Assembly (NCBI RefSeq): GCF_006345805.1
Contig: NC_043003.1
Span: 62,124,001 to 62,188,000 of the forward strand
Direction: 5' to 3'
Length of the DNA: 64,000 nt
Source of the DNA: Octopus sinensis
Taxonomy: Eukaryota
The position numbers were made by a program, and so were the translations under genes. The notes under the pieces are model-generated. The model searched no databases. It was given only the letters and a program-made list of their open reading frames with translations, and was not told where the DNA came from. This document shows positions 36,901 through 50,640 of the stretch, piece after piece; positions within the stretch are counted from its first letter, which is position 1, and each line of letters starts with the position of its first letter.

Positions 36901-37756
36901 TTTTTCTTTTACTTTTCTGAATTCCAATATTGCTTAGTTAACTTTGTCTGGCACTCTTGTATCAGTGTTCTCAATTCTCATATTACCTTTTACTCATATA
37001 TCTTATTCTTTCAAATTTGTTGACGCTGTCTCAGTCAAAATACTTTGATTTATTTTTTTCTCATAATTTCATTACCATTGCTAAATCAACTTTCATTGGC
37101 TGTACAGCAAAGAGTATAGATAGATATTATTGACTAAAATATTTTGTATTGTTTCCTTTTTAGTAGTTCAAAAGAATACTGATATTAAACACACATTCCA
37201 AATACAGCATTACTTCTCCAAAGTTTGAGCAGGCTTCTTCTTTCATGAAAAGCCAATTAAGAAAACTCAATATAGAAGAGTGAATCCATGTCTATTTTGT
37301 AATATCTTTTTATCTTTTATCATTTACTTGTTTCAGTCATTAGACTGAGGCCATGCTGGGGCACCACCTTGAATTTTTGATCAAATGACTCAACCCCAGT
37401 AGATTTTTTAAAGCTTGATGCTTATTATATTGGTCTCTTTTGCTATTGGTATTTTTGCATATAAGCTTCTTTTTGACTAGGATTGCTTGCTATATATAGT
37501 TTTATCTTATTGTTTAATTTGTTTTAATATTTTTGTATTTTCTTACTTCTATCATATATTTCATTCATATTTCCTACAGAGAACATATTCATCAGATACT
37601 CAGACATCTGAAGTCAGGTAATTAAAAAATATGTAAATTGTTTGAGGCTAATGTTACAATTTATATGATAATTATCACTTTATTTGAAAAGATTAATCAG
37701 AAATTTCTAGTTGCTTAATCCATTCTCCTGCCTTCTCTTCCTCCTGCATTATACCC

Positions 37757-38135
37757 ACTGTTATGCAATGAATGTAAGTTCTAAGTTTCATAAGGATCCA
37801 TTCAGTAATTTTGGTCCATGCAAAATGACTAAAATTTGGAGGTTAAGCCCCCATTAAAGGGGTCTTAGAATCATCCAACGAAATGGAAATTTGGGGTATA
37901 TTTTTCAATTTATTTCTAATACCTATGACTCAAATTTCATCAAAATCTAAAGCATATGAATTTTCACGGGGAGTTCTGCCCCACTTTATGCCCCTTCAAA
38001 ATTGTATGAAACTTATGGCATTACCTTTCTCTCTGAGCTTGGATTTTGTGTTCCAAATTTCATTAGGCTCAGTCTAGTAGTTCTCAAGTCTATAAGTAAC
38101 ACACAAACACATGAACACCCAGACATTGACTTTTA
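37757..38135 (+). mobile_element. Non-autonomous Helitron/Helentron-like repeat
   Basis: AAGTTTCATAAGGATCCATTCAG..., CCAAATTTCATTAGG...ACACACAAACAC...GACTTTTATATAATAGAT terminus; shares the AAGTTTCAT...ATCCAT motif with 19843-20025. Confidence 0.4.
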
Positions 38136-38418
38136 TATAATAGATATACACACACACTCTCTCTCTCTCTCTCTCACACACACATGCACACACACATATA
38201 GTGTGTGTGTTAAATAATGAGAATGATGAAGACAGTTATAGATAACAGCATGTAAATATTGGGTTTAAAAGCCCTTTATCTTTTCCTGAAGTGGTTTTCA
38301 ATGCAATATGTAAGTGTTAATATTCATAGCCTTATGTGTGCTTTGACATTTATTATTCCACAGAAGAATAATTTCATGTTCTCTCAAAAGTTTATAAAAC
38401 TCTTATGACATTGAGCAT

Positions 38419-38646
38419 GTGTTATATATGCGATTTACAGAACATTTGAGGGACATTCGCCTACACTCTTTTGCTCCCATCGCATGCCACTTCCGCTCGG
38501 CCAGCCATTCCCTAGATGACATCTCAGTGTTTGGTCTCGCCCCCCACAATGGTCGTCCACTTTCTAGGCTCCACTTGGAGCAACGCTACATCTTCACCCT
38601 ACAAACCACTACCCCACACGGACTTAACACAGCCCCCTCCTCCTAA
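38419..38646 (+). pseudogene. Penelope-like element GIY-YIG endonuclease C-terminal fragment
   Basis: RFTEHLRDIRLHSFAPIACHFRSASHSLDDISVFGL...RLHLEQRYIFTLQTTTPHGLN matches the PLE motifs R..EH..DI, PVA.HF...H, R...E...I..L.T..P.GLN. Confidence 0.8.
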
Positions 38647-38669
38647 GGTTGTTTTTTTTTTCCGGATAA

Positions 38670-38857
38670 ACACCCCCCCCCACACACACACACCTACATC
38701 CCACACGCCTGTTCACACACACACATACGGATACACATCTACGTACATACATTCACACATTTAATCACACATACTTATAGACATACATGCACACACTAAC
38801 ATACAAACCAACATGCACATACATACACACATACATACATACACACACACATACATA

Positions 38858-38891
<34 letters not shown>

Positions 38892-39355
38892 TACATACAT
38901 ACACACATACATACGCACATACATACACACACACACACACACACATCGCACATACATACTTCACACACCTATACTTACATACACACACACACATGCACAC
39001 ATACATGTACGCACACACACATACATACATACCCACACATGCACACCTTTACACGAATGCACACGCACATACACCTATTTGCACCCAGGCAGCCCCCCCC
39101 TTTCTGGTTTTGGTTGATGGATCCTCGGTTCCCGTGGAGCGGGTTGTTCAGGGGCCCCCGCGCGCGCACGCCTCGGCACGTGCTGGGGGCTGGTCGGCCC
39201 CATGGGCTTGCATTGTATTGTTTGTGTGTTGTGTGTGTGAGCGTGCTTCGTGTGTGTGGGCGTGCTTCGGGTGTGTGCATGCGTATGTATACATACATAC
39301 CCACACACACGCATGCATCCCTACCCACATACATACACGCACACCTACTCACACA

Positions 39356-39396
<41 letters not shown>

Positions 39397-40330
39397 CCGC
39401 ACACACACACATACATACATACACACACATACCTACTTCAGACATACACACACACAGACATACACCCATACACTCACACTCACACGCATACACACACACA
39501 CATACACACGCACACGCACACATACACACACACACACACCTACATACATACATTACACTTGTACACACACACACTTACATTCATACACACACACCTACAC
39601 AGCCATACCTTCACTCATACATACACACATACCTACACACACACACAAACACACACAGACACACACCCATACATACATACACCTATACACACATAAATAA
39701 ACACACACATACACATACATACGCACACACACATATACTTACACACATGCACACACACATACATACATACATACACCCACACACATACACACACACATAC
39801 TTACATACTCCTATACGCACATACATACACACAGACATACACACATACACACTCACACATACATACACACATACTTACACACACACTCGCCTGCACGCGC
39901 ACACACATGCATGACAAACACCCATACACTCACACTCACATACACACACACCAACATATACATGCACACATACACGCACACACACACCTACACTCCCACA
40001 CACATACATACGCACCTACACCTACACTCCCACACACATACATACGCACCTACATACACACACACACTACCACTCAACACACACACTGGCACGTTACATA
40101 CGCCCCCACCCTTTCCCTCCTTCCCTTCTTCCCTCCTTCCTCCTTTTTTTACCACTGACCACTCACTTGAGACTTGCTATGTCAACTACTGTTCGCCCTA
40201 CCACACACACTTACATACAGACGCACGCACTAACATATACATATATTTTTTGTTTTTTTATCTCGCCTCACACACACATACACACACGCACACGCACACA
40301 CTCACACATACATACACATCATTTTTGTTA
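38670..40330. repeat. ~1.65 kb degenerate (CA)n/(CATA)n compound microsatellite with a central GC-rich insert and a short (GT)-oriented block
   Basis: Near-continuous CA/TA alternation; GC-rich segment at 39080-39210; TG-rich block at 39225-39290. Confidence 0.9.
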
Positions 40331-40625
40331 CCAACCTTCCTGTCTCCACTCTTTTGGCTTTAAAAACCTACTTTGCCCTTGTTATCCAAAACTTCCGGCC
40401 TTTCAGCATGGGTACTTCGTAAACACCAGTCGCGTTTTTTTTCCCTCTGTTCGCCCACATCGGGATCTTTCTTTCTTCTTTCTTCCTTCTCTTATGTTTC
40501 CGATGAAGAGCTCCGCTCGAAACGTCATACCCTCCTTCTTCCATTTTCCTGAGCGCCTAATAATAATAATACTGTAATTGTTCCACGTGTTGTTGTTTTT
40601 TCTGTTTTCCCGTTTGGATTAACCT
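40330..40625 (+). mobile_element. Penelope-like 3' terminal region
   Basis: Pyrimidine-rich tract with CCGATGAAGAGCTCCGCTCGAAACGTC then TAATAATATACTGTAATTGTTCCACGT; same strand as the GIY-YIG remnant at 38419. Confidence 0.65.
40494..40531 (+). ncRNA. Minimal hammerhead ribozyme motif (U4C variant)
   Basis: CCGAUGA-A-GAGC/UCC/GCUC-GAAA-CGUC: perfect 4-bp helix II, palindromic ACGU helix III and GUC site; helix I is weak. Confidence 0.55.
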
Positions 40626-40659
40626 TATATATATATATATATACACACACATATATATC

Positions 40660-41470
40660 ATCATCATCATCATCATCATCATGTAATATCCGTCTTCAAC
40701 ATTTAGATAGTTTGACAAGAGCTGGCCAGGTGAAGAGCTGCCTGGGCTCCATGTCTGCTTTGGCATGGTTTCTATGGGTGGATGTAGCTTCCTAGTACCA
40801 ACCACTTTACAAAGTGTTCTGGGTGCTTTTAAGCAGCACCAGTATGGGTACTTTTATGCAGCACCAGTATTCATGAGTCTGCAAGATTAGAACATATATA
40901 TATATATATATATATATAGGTAGACCTAGGAGGACATAGGACGAAGTGGTGTAGCATGATCTTCAAACTTTGAGCTGCTCAGAGGCATTGATTACTGACC
41001 GCAAGTTTTGGCAGTATGTTGTGCTTGAGAAGAGCCATCAAGCCAAGTGAAATCGTAATCATGGCTGATGCTGGTGTTATGTAACTGGCACCTGTACCCG
41101 TGGCACATAAAGAGCACCTTTTGCGTGTTGGGCCTCACGGAGGCAAAGTGGCCAAATTCTTTCCAACTGTCAGGCCTCATGGAGACAATGACCAAGACCT
41201 TTGGGATTATGTTGTGCTTGAGAAGAAAACCCACCAAGCCAAGCAAAATTGCAGTCATGGCTGATGCTGGTGTCATGCAAATGGCACCCATGCCAGTGGT
41301 ACGTAAAAGTACCCATTACACTCTCAGAGTGGTTGGTGTTAGGAAGGGTGTCCAGATGTAGAAAACCATCCAAAAAATCAGACAGGAGTCTGGTGCAGGA
41401 TTCCAGCTTACAAGCCCTGGTCAAACCAGCCAACTTGTGCCAGCATGGACAATGGACGTTCAGTGACCAA
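40660..41470. mobile_element. SINE A remnant (minus, 40660-40890) and RTE-tail/SINE A copy (plus, 40918-41470) with a duplicated RTE end
   Basis: Two successive TGTTGTGCTTGAGAAGA...AAGCCAAG segments (~41020 and ~41215); family A 3' end at 41320-41465. Confidence 0.7.
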
Positions 41471-44400
41471 AACCAGTACTGAAATGTTTTTTACAAAATT
41501 ATTTTACCATTTTCTACTTTTCCATTTATAAATATATACATACGCACGCATGCACACACACACACACATATATATGTGTATGTATACACATATCATATCC
41601 TTGTTTTACCATCCACTTTTCTATCTTTTCATGGAATTCATCAAACTAGACTCTTGGACTTTCTACAATTTGATGCCCTTCCTATTGTCAACCCTTACTT
41701 TTCCAAGTAATATCTACCCATGCCCAGACATGATTTTCATGAAAGACTGGAAATGAACATCATTTGCATATTGGTGATGTCTGTTTACAACTATCACATG
41801 ATGTCAAAACAAGGTTGCTCATAGATTCTCACATACTCATATATATAGACTCACACATACACACACACATAAAATGAGCTTCTTTCAGTTTTGGTTGGAC
41901 TAGGGCCCAAAGTGCTGCAGAGTAGGAACCCAAAACTACATTTCGGGGAATCAAGCTTCTTAACTACATAGTGATATATGCACCACAGTCACACTGACAA
42001 CATATATATATATATATACTCAGTAAAGCTGGAAATAAATTATATAAAGGTGAAAGGATATTTTTTTTACTAAATGTAACTTACTACTAAAAACGTACTT
42101 ATGCATCTAAATATGTAAAATATACTTCTTTGATTTGGAATGGATTTGTTGCACTTTGTTGTAAGCAATGTTTTTGATCTTGGGTAAAAAAACAAAGTAG
42201 TCCATGATTTCTGCTTATTGCTTTTATATAATTGCTTTTATGCATGTGTGGATGCATATGTATCTATATGTTAAGTCCATTTTTATGTGTATTTGTATTT
42301 GTATGAGTTTTACTGTATTTGTTGTGTATAGGTATTGACTATTTAGAAGAGAGTATATGAAGACAATGAACAGTCAAGCACTGCATATGTACATCCATAC
42401 AGAATATTTTTATTATAAAAAGGATAAATTTATTCTGTTTAAACTCGTTTTCTACTTTCTGTGTGACGGAATTTTCTTTTACTTTGACTGCAATTTCATT
42501 CTTTTGGAAATGTGTTATCCATAAAATCCTGCAGTACAATGGGATATTACTATTCTAAAAGATGATCCCATTTATATCTAGGCTACTCCTCATCTAGCAC
42601 TTTAAAAAATATCAAAAATAGCTGAACCAACTTAGATAGTATTTGAACCAATGCATTGTAAGAATTAGATTTGTTGCCGGAAGTTATCAATTTTGGAATT
42701 CCGCTCTTACCAATCTCTGCAGCTTTGAAATGGCATCCTCTCTTAAGTGCATAATAAAAATATCAAAGAGTAATTCTTTGGAGTGTTCTGTGAGATAATG
42801 TTCAGTTATTCAGATAACCAGTGAACTATTAACCTTCATTTTCATTGAAAGTACTAAGACCATATATTTTGCTGGTTAGTGTTTTCAATAAAATCATGTT
42901 ATACTCATATAGTGCTCAAACACTAAAAATATTTTTTATGCCTGAAATATTGACATATTGCTTTACTGTTTGAAAAAGTTGAAAAGAATTAGGTTGCTAC
43001 TTAATATTATTTATCTCACTTTAACATACTAGCTAACTATCAACTAATGCATATTCAGACCAGGCTGAAAATTTTGGCCAATTTCAAATAATGCAGTGTG
43101 ATTATTCTTAAATTTTGATTATTTCTGAAAATGAAACAAAGAATTTAGAATATTCAGTGCCAAAATATTCTTTATGTACTCTTAAATATGACTTTATCTT
43201 AAATGTACACCAAAGAAAGCTTTTAAAATTAGAAAAAAAATTCCTTGTTATAAGAAGCAAATTGAATATAAAACAGCTAGACTATCACTTTGAATATTTT
43301 CATAAAGTCAGATATATTTTATCAGATCAAATAATCTGTATATAAATGTCTGTTTCTCTTGAAAATAAAATAAAATATGCCTATTATCAATAACTTTTAC
43401 AGTTCTTCTGCACTGATTGCTAGAATGCATGTTAGCTATATGTGATAACCATGCATATCATTAATAGTAAAAAAGAGATATTATAAAGACGATTGTTAAT
43501 ATAAATATGTATAATAACCTTTAGCTTGCTGTGAAAATGATGCTATGCATATAAAGTTTTATCTTCACCCAAGTCAAATGACTACACAACTCTCTGGCTT
43601 CAGATGGAGGATAGCTCTATATATTTTTCAGTATCGTCAGTTCTTTTTGTATTCTTTGGATGATCTTATTTACCAGAAATCTTATATACCTTTCTTGCAG
43701 AGGGCCATGAGTTGATGTGTTGTAATCAGCTTTGTAAGTTCTTTTCTAGCAATATTTTCATCAGTTAATTTTTAAATGATGCTTATGCTATGCTTGTAAA
43801 CACAACACTTTATATCATCGTTATATGGAGTTTGGGGTCATTGAACTTACAACCACCTTAAATAGTCTTAATCAACATCTAACATACAACAATTCAAAAA
43901 TATTTGTATGACAATGACATCACATCTACCAGAAATATACTGGTTCAATTCTGTTTGGTATTTGAGAACTGTTTATAAACTTATCTTTATTAACAGAGTC
44001 TATGATTCTGCCTTTTATTTGCTATCAACATTTGCACTGTTGCATCTTTTCTTGAGTATATATGCCCTATTCACTGTTGTATTGTTACCTATTTATATAA
44101 AACTAACTCTTTATGGATCATCATTTCTTCTGTATCCATACCAAATTGGACCATTGTTTCATAAGATATTGTTAATAGTGATTGTATTTGTTTACCCATT
44201 GAAGCAAATAGACTAACAGGGTTTCCTAATTTTGATGGATTATATGTATAAAATATGTTACTTAAATACATATTAATAGAACCATTACTTGGTTAATATG
44301 CTTTAAAACTAATTTTATCATTTGTGAGAATTCTTGAGTAATTGCATTTGAATCTTGGTTATAAGGAGGATAAATTTACATATTTTTGTTAAACCATACA

Positions 44401-45772
44401 GATATGTCTTTATTGAGAAATTTACAGATATTGCCAGACACTAATATACTGGGAACTGTATTTCTGGGGGAAAGAAAACCCAGTTAATAAATGTTTAGCC
44501 ATTTCTGCTGCTTTATTCCTGAATCTCATTACTTCTGTGTAATCAGATTAGGTATAAAAAATATTAAGAATATTCTTAAAGTTTTTAAGTCAATATGGTC
44601 CATATGCATGCATATCTATGCTTTAATTTCTTTTGGTTACATGCACTGTGTGAAATAATTCCAATTTTATTCTAGTACATATTACATTAGAATGTTGTGT
44701 ATCTAATACTAGATAAATTATGTATCACTCCATATCTTCAGGGTAACTTGGTTAGCAAGCTTCTTATTCTCATTAATGCTCACAAAAAGGTTTGTGGAAG
44801 AAATGATTCTTCTTTAGACATGGTACTTTAATTGTTCACAATAAATTTACTCTATTAAAATGACTGTAAATAGTCAAGGATATAGAATGATATACTTTAC
44901 ATAATTATCCAAGAACCATACAGTCACATAGAAGTTATTTTATTGTGTAGTGTTAAGAATTATTTGAAGAGTTACAGTATCATTTATGTTTGTAACCCAT
45001 GAAATTAACAAAAGGGTAGCTACTTTCACTATATTTGTGGTGCAAATTATCCTAATGAAAGATTTGGAAAGTTTTAGCATTTGATACTCTCTATACTAAC
45101 AACTAGAAATACCAGAATACATGCTCATAAAAGAAGCCTTTAAAAATAGTATTTGATGATCTTCTGAAGTACATATACATGGCTCTTTGGAATGGCTATA
45201 CTGTTTGGCTGCATCAGTTACTGCTTACTTTGTATTGAAGTTGATAGTTTTTGGTCATAAGATTCCTAAAGAACATTGGTAAACTTGTGTCATTGATTCA
45301 TTAATGGTTCCTAAATAATTGAAGATAATGAGAAAATCAAGTTTTGCAAAAGCTTGATCTCAGGTCAGTCTATGGTTTCAAAATAGTATCAGTATCTATC
45401 ATAAGCTCTATAAATAATACTTTTAGTGGATCATCTTTTATTCTGTTGTGTCTGGGGAGAGTCATATTCTTTTTGTTATTTCTTTAAGTTAGAATTGATT
45501 TAAATTCATATAAATACCATCTGTATAATGCTGGTTATCTGTGGGCTTGTAAAATTTAGACCTATTCAACTTGGGTAATGTATGCCAAATATTAGGTGTA
45601 ATGAAATAAGAAAATTTTGTACTACTCTGGTTATTAATCTTATAATATTTATGACTGCAGAGAAAAGTTTTTCAATATTTAAAGAATTTTTCTACTATTG
45701 GAGTCAGGACTTGATGATTGCACTAGGGATTAAACTAAATTATACTTCTAATCTTATTTTTCTTTCTAAGGT

Positions 45773-45985
45773 ACCAAGCTGGCAGAATCGATAGTACACT
45801 GTGCAAAAAGCTTAGCAGCATTTCTCCTGTCTTTATTTTCTGAGTTCAAATCACACTGAATTTGACTTTTCCTTTCGTCCTTTCAGGGGTTGATAAAATA
45901 AGTACCATTTGAGCAGTGGGATCGATGTAATTGCCTTGCCCACTTCCCAAAACTTGCTGGCCTTGTGCCAAAATTTGAAATCAAT
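45773..45985 (+). mobile_element. SINE family B
   Basis: AGCTGGCAGAATCG A-box, GAGTTCAAATC B-box, TAAAATAAGTACC central domain, CTTGTGCCAAAATTTGAAATCAATAT end as at 32040. Confidence 0.75.
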
Positions 45986-46049
45986 ATATCTAATTTTATC
46001 AGGGAAAATACGTTTCACAGCACCATTATGATACTTAGTGGCATCAATG

Positions 46050-48780
46050 AAAATAATCTTTATCAAAGAGAGATGGACGCATTCTTAAGCACAACTATCT
46101 AAATTATTTTTGGTTGGTCAAAAAAATGTATTAATACTGTGAAGTGACTCATTAATTTAAACTTCTTGAAAAAGTTATGAAGTTCTTTTCGCAACCTTTC
46201 AATTTTTATTGTTAACATTTCTAAGAATTATAGACCATCATTCTTGTTTAGACTTCCAAGAATATAGGGAAACGTAGTGTATTGACAGCTTTGGATATAT
46301 GATATCACTAATCTGCTAAATCTCTTGCTCCCAGACTAACATTAAAATGAACATTAGAAAGTTTTTTCTAGATGCTATTATTATGATACAGAATCGATTT
46401 TCTCTTATGTGATATAGTATTAATTTCTGACATAGTATTTGTGAAAAATTCTTAGCAAAATTGATAGCATCCATTAAAAATAGTTTGGTAATTGAGAGAT
46501 AATAATCACAAATGTCAGTCTGTATGAAGCAACAGTTTTCTTTATGAGGTTGCTGAGGTATGGTCTCAAACAAATTGCTTACAAAATTAGTATTTTTGTA
46601 AATGGATAAAGGAATCTTATCCAAGTTTTGGTGTTATCTTATTTAGAATATATTTGTTGATAAAGGAATATTTGTTTTAGTTGGATTAATGAGTCTAGTT
46701 GAAGGGTTGTTTGCTAAATTTTGATTGAGATCTTTAAATGGTATATACCAATTTTGCGAAGTTAGGGATTTATTGCTAGAGGTGACACTGAATTCATTAA
46801 CAGATTTTATGTGCTTTTCCATTTATATAACAATAATGGTTAAAAACGTTATCTTTTTAGAATTGTTAGTAATAGAATTAGATAAGAATTTATTGTACTT
46901 AAACATATCAATTTCAGAGAGGTTTTTCTTCTATTCTAGAGCTACAAAAAAATTCATACTTTTATAAAATCTTCTCAGTTTATATTTTAAGTCCTTCTGG
47001 AATTGGTTGAAATGGTCTCTATATTTAATTAATTTTATTACCCTTTCATGAATGGTTGTAGCCATAAATTCTGAAGATTAATTTTTTAAAGTTTAAACCT
47101 AAACTTAGGATTATAATTTGCATCGATAGCATCTTTCTCAAAGTAATATGATCCACCATCTTGATCTGTTAATAAAATGTTTAGTGGAGGAAATATTTCA
47201 ATGAGGATTTTATGAAAGTTGATGCAAAATTTTTTGTTATCATATTAGGGTGAAATTTGGTATTTCAACAGAGTTGCTGAAAATGCTGATAATGAAATTA
47301 ATTGTATGTCAATCCAAAGAAACAATAATATTTATAAAGTATTCCATACTATAGGTAGAATGAAGTCAAGTTAATTATGACGTTGAACATACTCAGGAAT
47401 TCTATTTTACTTGTCTCATTATCTGAATTATTCTCAAATATAGTGGAATTTTTTTTACAAATTCATACAGAAGATACAGTTATTTTAAAAGATCCATTGG
47501 GGTAATTATTATCATAACTTCTGTTGCTTTAACATTTCTATGATGATATTTCACTTTTAAATGCCAAAGGGGAAAAATATTGATTCAGTATTTGGAGTTT
47601 GGTAAGAATCTAAACAAATTTTTCCTCTTTCGCCTACATTAGTCTCCACATATATTAAAATATCCATCTACTTTTCATACAACCACTAAGAGAGATTCAT
47701 TTACTCACTCAATGAGGAACTTTATCTAAAAGACCTTCATTAATTAGTTTTGTCAGCTTTGTTATGTTTAATGGCTTAATGAGTATTGGTAATGGTCTTT
47801 CTGCCTCCAAATAACATAACTCGATATTTCTTTTGAGTGGAATGTTAGTTCTAAAACCTTCCATCTCATGAATTAAAGTTGAACATACACACCAAGCACG
47901 TTATAACTTGTTTTACATTTAGCAACAATAACATTTACAACATCTATTATTTTATCAGTTTCCATTAGTGCATCAAACTTATCCAAACTCTCGATGAGTG
48001 ATCCATCAAATTGCTTCATCTTGAGATCACATTTTCTCAAATTCAGTTTATTCAAATCCATTAAAAAAATTCTAATATATTACTGTTACCTGACCGTTGA
48101 GTTTTGCATTCATTGTAGTATTTATTAAACTAATTTCATAAGAACTTGTAATATGTTCATGTTGAATATCTTCAAGCTCTTTATCATTTTTTTCTACATT
48201 TTCTCATTGCTGAGAGTGGTTCTTTTTTCCCATTTCCAGTATATGGTTTAGCAGATGCAGGATGTTTTGATGATGCATTCTTATATCCACAAAAGGAATG
48301 TTTAGAATTAGATTTCTGCTTATTTTTATCAACATATGACACAGAAGTATCATCAAGGTCATTCATATTTTTTCTTTTGTTATCATCATCTGAAATTTAG
48401 AAATCATTTGAAGCTGTTGAAATCTCAATGCTTTTATACAATGTTTAAATGGCTTCATGAGATCTATGTGTTTCATTTCAATAGTAATTTCTTCTGCACT
48501 CTGCTCTTGAGTTCTAATTGCTTCAACCTCACAAAAAATAAACTCATTTAATCTCTGAGAATAACTTTGAATCAGATTAATTGAGCTAGATTTTGATATT
48601 GTGATAAGAATCTGACCTTTTCAGCAATTATTAGCTTCTTGTAGGGATGAACTGATGGTACTACAAACTTTATATTTCTAAAATTTCTCTCTTCAGCAGC
48701 CATTGCAGAAACTTTTTATATGACCATCATGCATGCTTTGATTAAAAGTTCATTATTATTGACTTGTGATGCCATTGTCA
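46050..48780 (-). mobile_element. Decayed Gypsy-like retrotransposon gag-pol fossil
   Basis: Minus-strand fragments in order: gag (IQSYSQRLNEFIFCEV), degenerate zinc knuckle (FCGYKNASSKHPASAK), protease tail (DVVNVIVAKCKTSYNVLG), RT start (MEGFRTNIPLK...KLINEGLLDKVP...DGYFNICGD...ICLDSYQTPN), RNase H (TDICDY...HIRE..CIIIIA). Confidence 0.75.
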
Positions 48781-50119
48781 TGTCATATGGGCAATGTTGT
48801 AGTTGCACACAATCCTTTGCATTCAGACATTTTATTTAAATGAATAGCTCAAATTCTGGTATTGAACTGGTAGCCACCCCACTCTTAAAAAAATCTAAAT
48901 CAGCAAGTAAAATGCATACAATACAACAATAATACCAGCATGACAATGACATGAAAGTTGCAGAGAGCTAAATACCTTGTTAATTTAGTGGACCTGCATT
49001 CAGGCTGGCAGCAAGTTTAGTCATCATAATTTTGTTTCGCGTTTGTGTGTGTATGTGCGTGTTAATTAAAATATATTAATGATTGCAATTTTTATTATAA
49101 ATTAATATCCAGTGGAAACTGAAGTCTGAACAAATACATTTTGAAGGAAACATGCAACAAAGAAATGAATCAAACCTCTTCCACTGACAAGAGAGATGAC
49201 ATAGCAACATTAAGTATATGTGATGGATTTTTTGATAAAAATATTTTATTTTACTATTTGTTGATTTAAGAACATAGTTGGAGTATGAAACTCAGACGTT
49301 GGTGTATGTTGGCAAGAAGAAGAAAAGGAAACACTTATATACATGACTATGATATAATTTGGGGAGTTCAAAAGTATGTAAGCACTATCACTATTATTAT
49401 AAAACAGCAGATAGATTCAGTTTAAAATATTACCAGCTAATGCAAAAGAATGTCTATAAGAATAAATTGGATGTCAAAAACGATGATTATAATAATGACA
49501 GTGCTGTTGGACACTAAAAGATGATGTTGTGTGGATATGATTTTTTTTTCTTAAGGCAGAAAAATGCACCACTCACATTAGCTTCCAATTCTCTGATTGA
49601 ACAATCAGTGTCATTCCAGTCATGACCAACAGGTTTTAGCATATAGTATATCAAATATTAAATATATTTATAAAAAAAAATAAAAAAGTGTAATTTAAGG
49701 GAGATCTTGCTTCTATTTTTAGCAAGTCAGGTAACCACGTGGAGTCTACCATATTGTAAAAGATTAAATTGCTTAGATCTTAAGTATATTTTAATTCTTT
49801 CTCTTCCTTATTCCTTTTTCTATGTTGAGTATAATGAGTTTTCTGGAATTATCAGATGTTATGAAGCAGTCTATGTTTGCGATTATTTGCAAATTTTTAC
49901 TGGTTCTAATTGGTGTATTACTATTCATGGAACTTGAGTAATTTGATTTTATTATATAGCTTATAATGATTGTTATGTGTGTACATATATAGATATGATG
50001 TAAAAAGTTTTGGATGGATTATAATCTGTAGTAGCTTATAAATGAAATATTTGGAACTCAGGTAGAAGTGATATTGTTCATGATGGATATGATTTATTCT
50101 ACATAATTCTCTCTCTCAC

Positions 50120-50615
50120 TCTCTCTCTCTCTTGCTCTTTCCCATTGACTGACGTAACAATGTATTTTCTCTACAGCAAGACACCTGTGTGTGTTCCTCT
50201 TTCATGCTCTAACCTCTCATCACTTGGCACAAAGTCACCTCCTCCAATACCCTCACCCCTCTCAAAAGTTCTTTGCTTTGTAAGTTATTTGGTGACCTTG
50301 CCAGTACTGGTGCCATGTAAAAGACATCCAGTCCACACTGTAAACTGGTTGGCACATGGAAAGGCATCTAACTGTAAATACCATCGCAAAGCAGATCTTC
50401 CTGGTGATGGTGCCACGTAAAATTACCCAATCCACTCTGTAAAGTGGTTGGCATTTGGAAGGGCTTCCATCCATAAAAACCATGTCAAAACAGACAGTGG
50501 ATTTTGGTGCAGTTCTGTGACTTACTAGCTCCTGTCAAACCATCCACCTTATGCCAGTATGGAAGATGGACGTTAAATGATGATGATGATAATGATGATA
50601 ATAATAATAATGATG
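50120..50615 (+). mobile_element. RTE 3' UTR / SINE A copy
   Basis: CTCTACAGCAAGACACCTG...CACCTCCTCCAAT shared with 6030-6130; (GAT)n/(AAT)n tail at 50578-50615. Confidence 0.7.
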
Positions 50616-50640
50616 TCTGGTTGTGACATTATGTATGATG

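Noticed and set aside
39080-39210. CpG-island promoter
   Set aside because: Only ~130 bp, buried in irregular microsatellite, no adjacent exon, and possibly low-quality sequence
38761-40363. Long ORFs of 150-375 aa (His/Thr- or Val/Cys-rich)
   Set aside because: They are translations of CA/TG microsatellite, which lacks stop codons by composition; no domain signal
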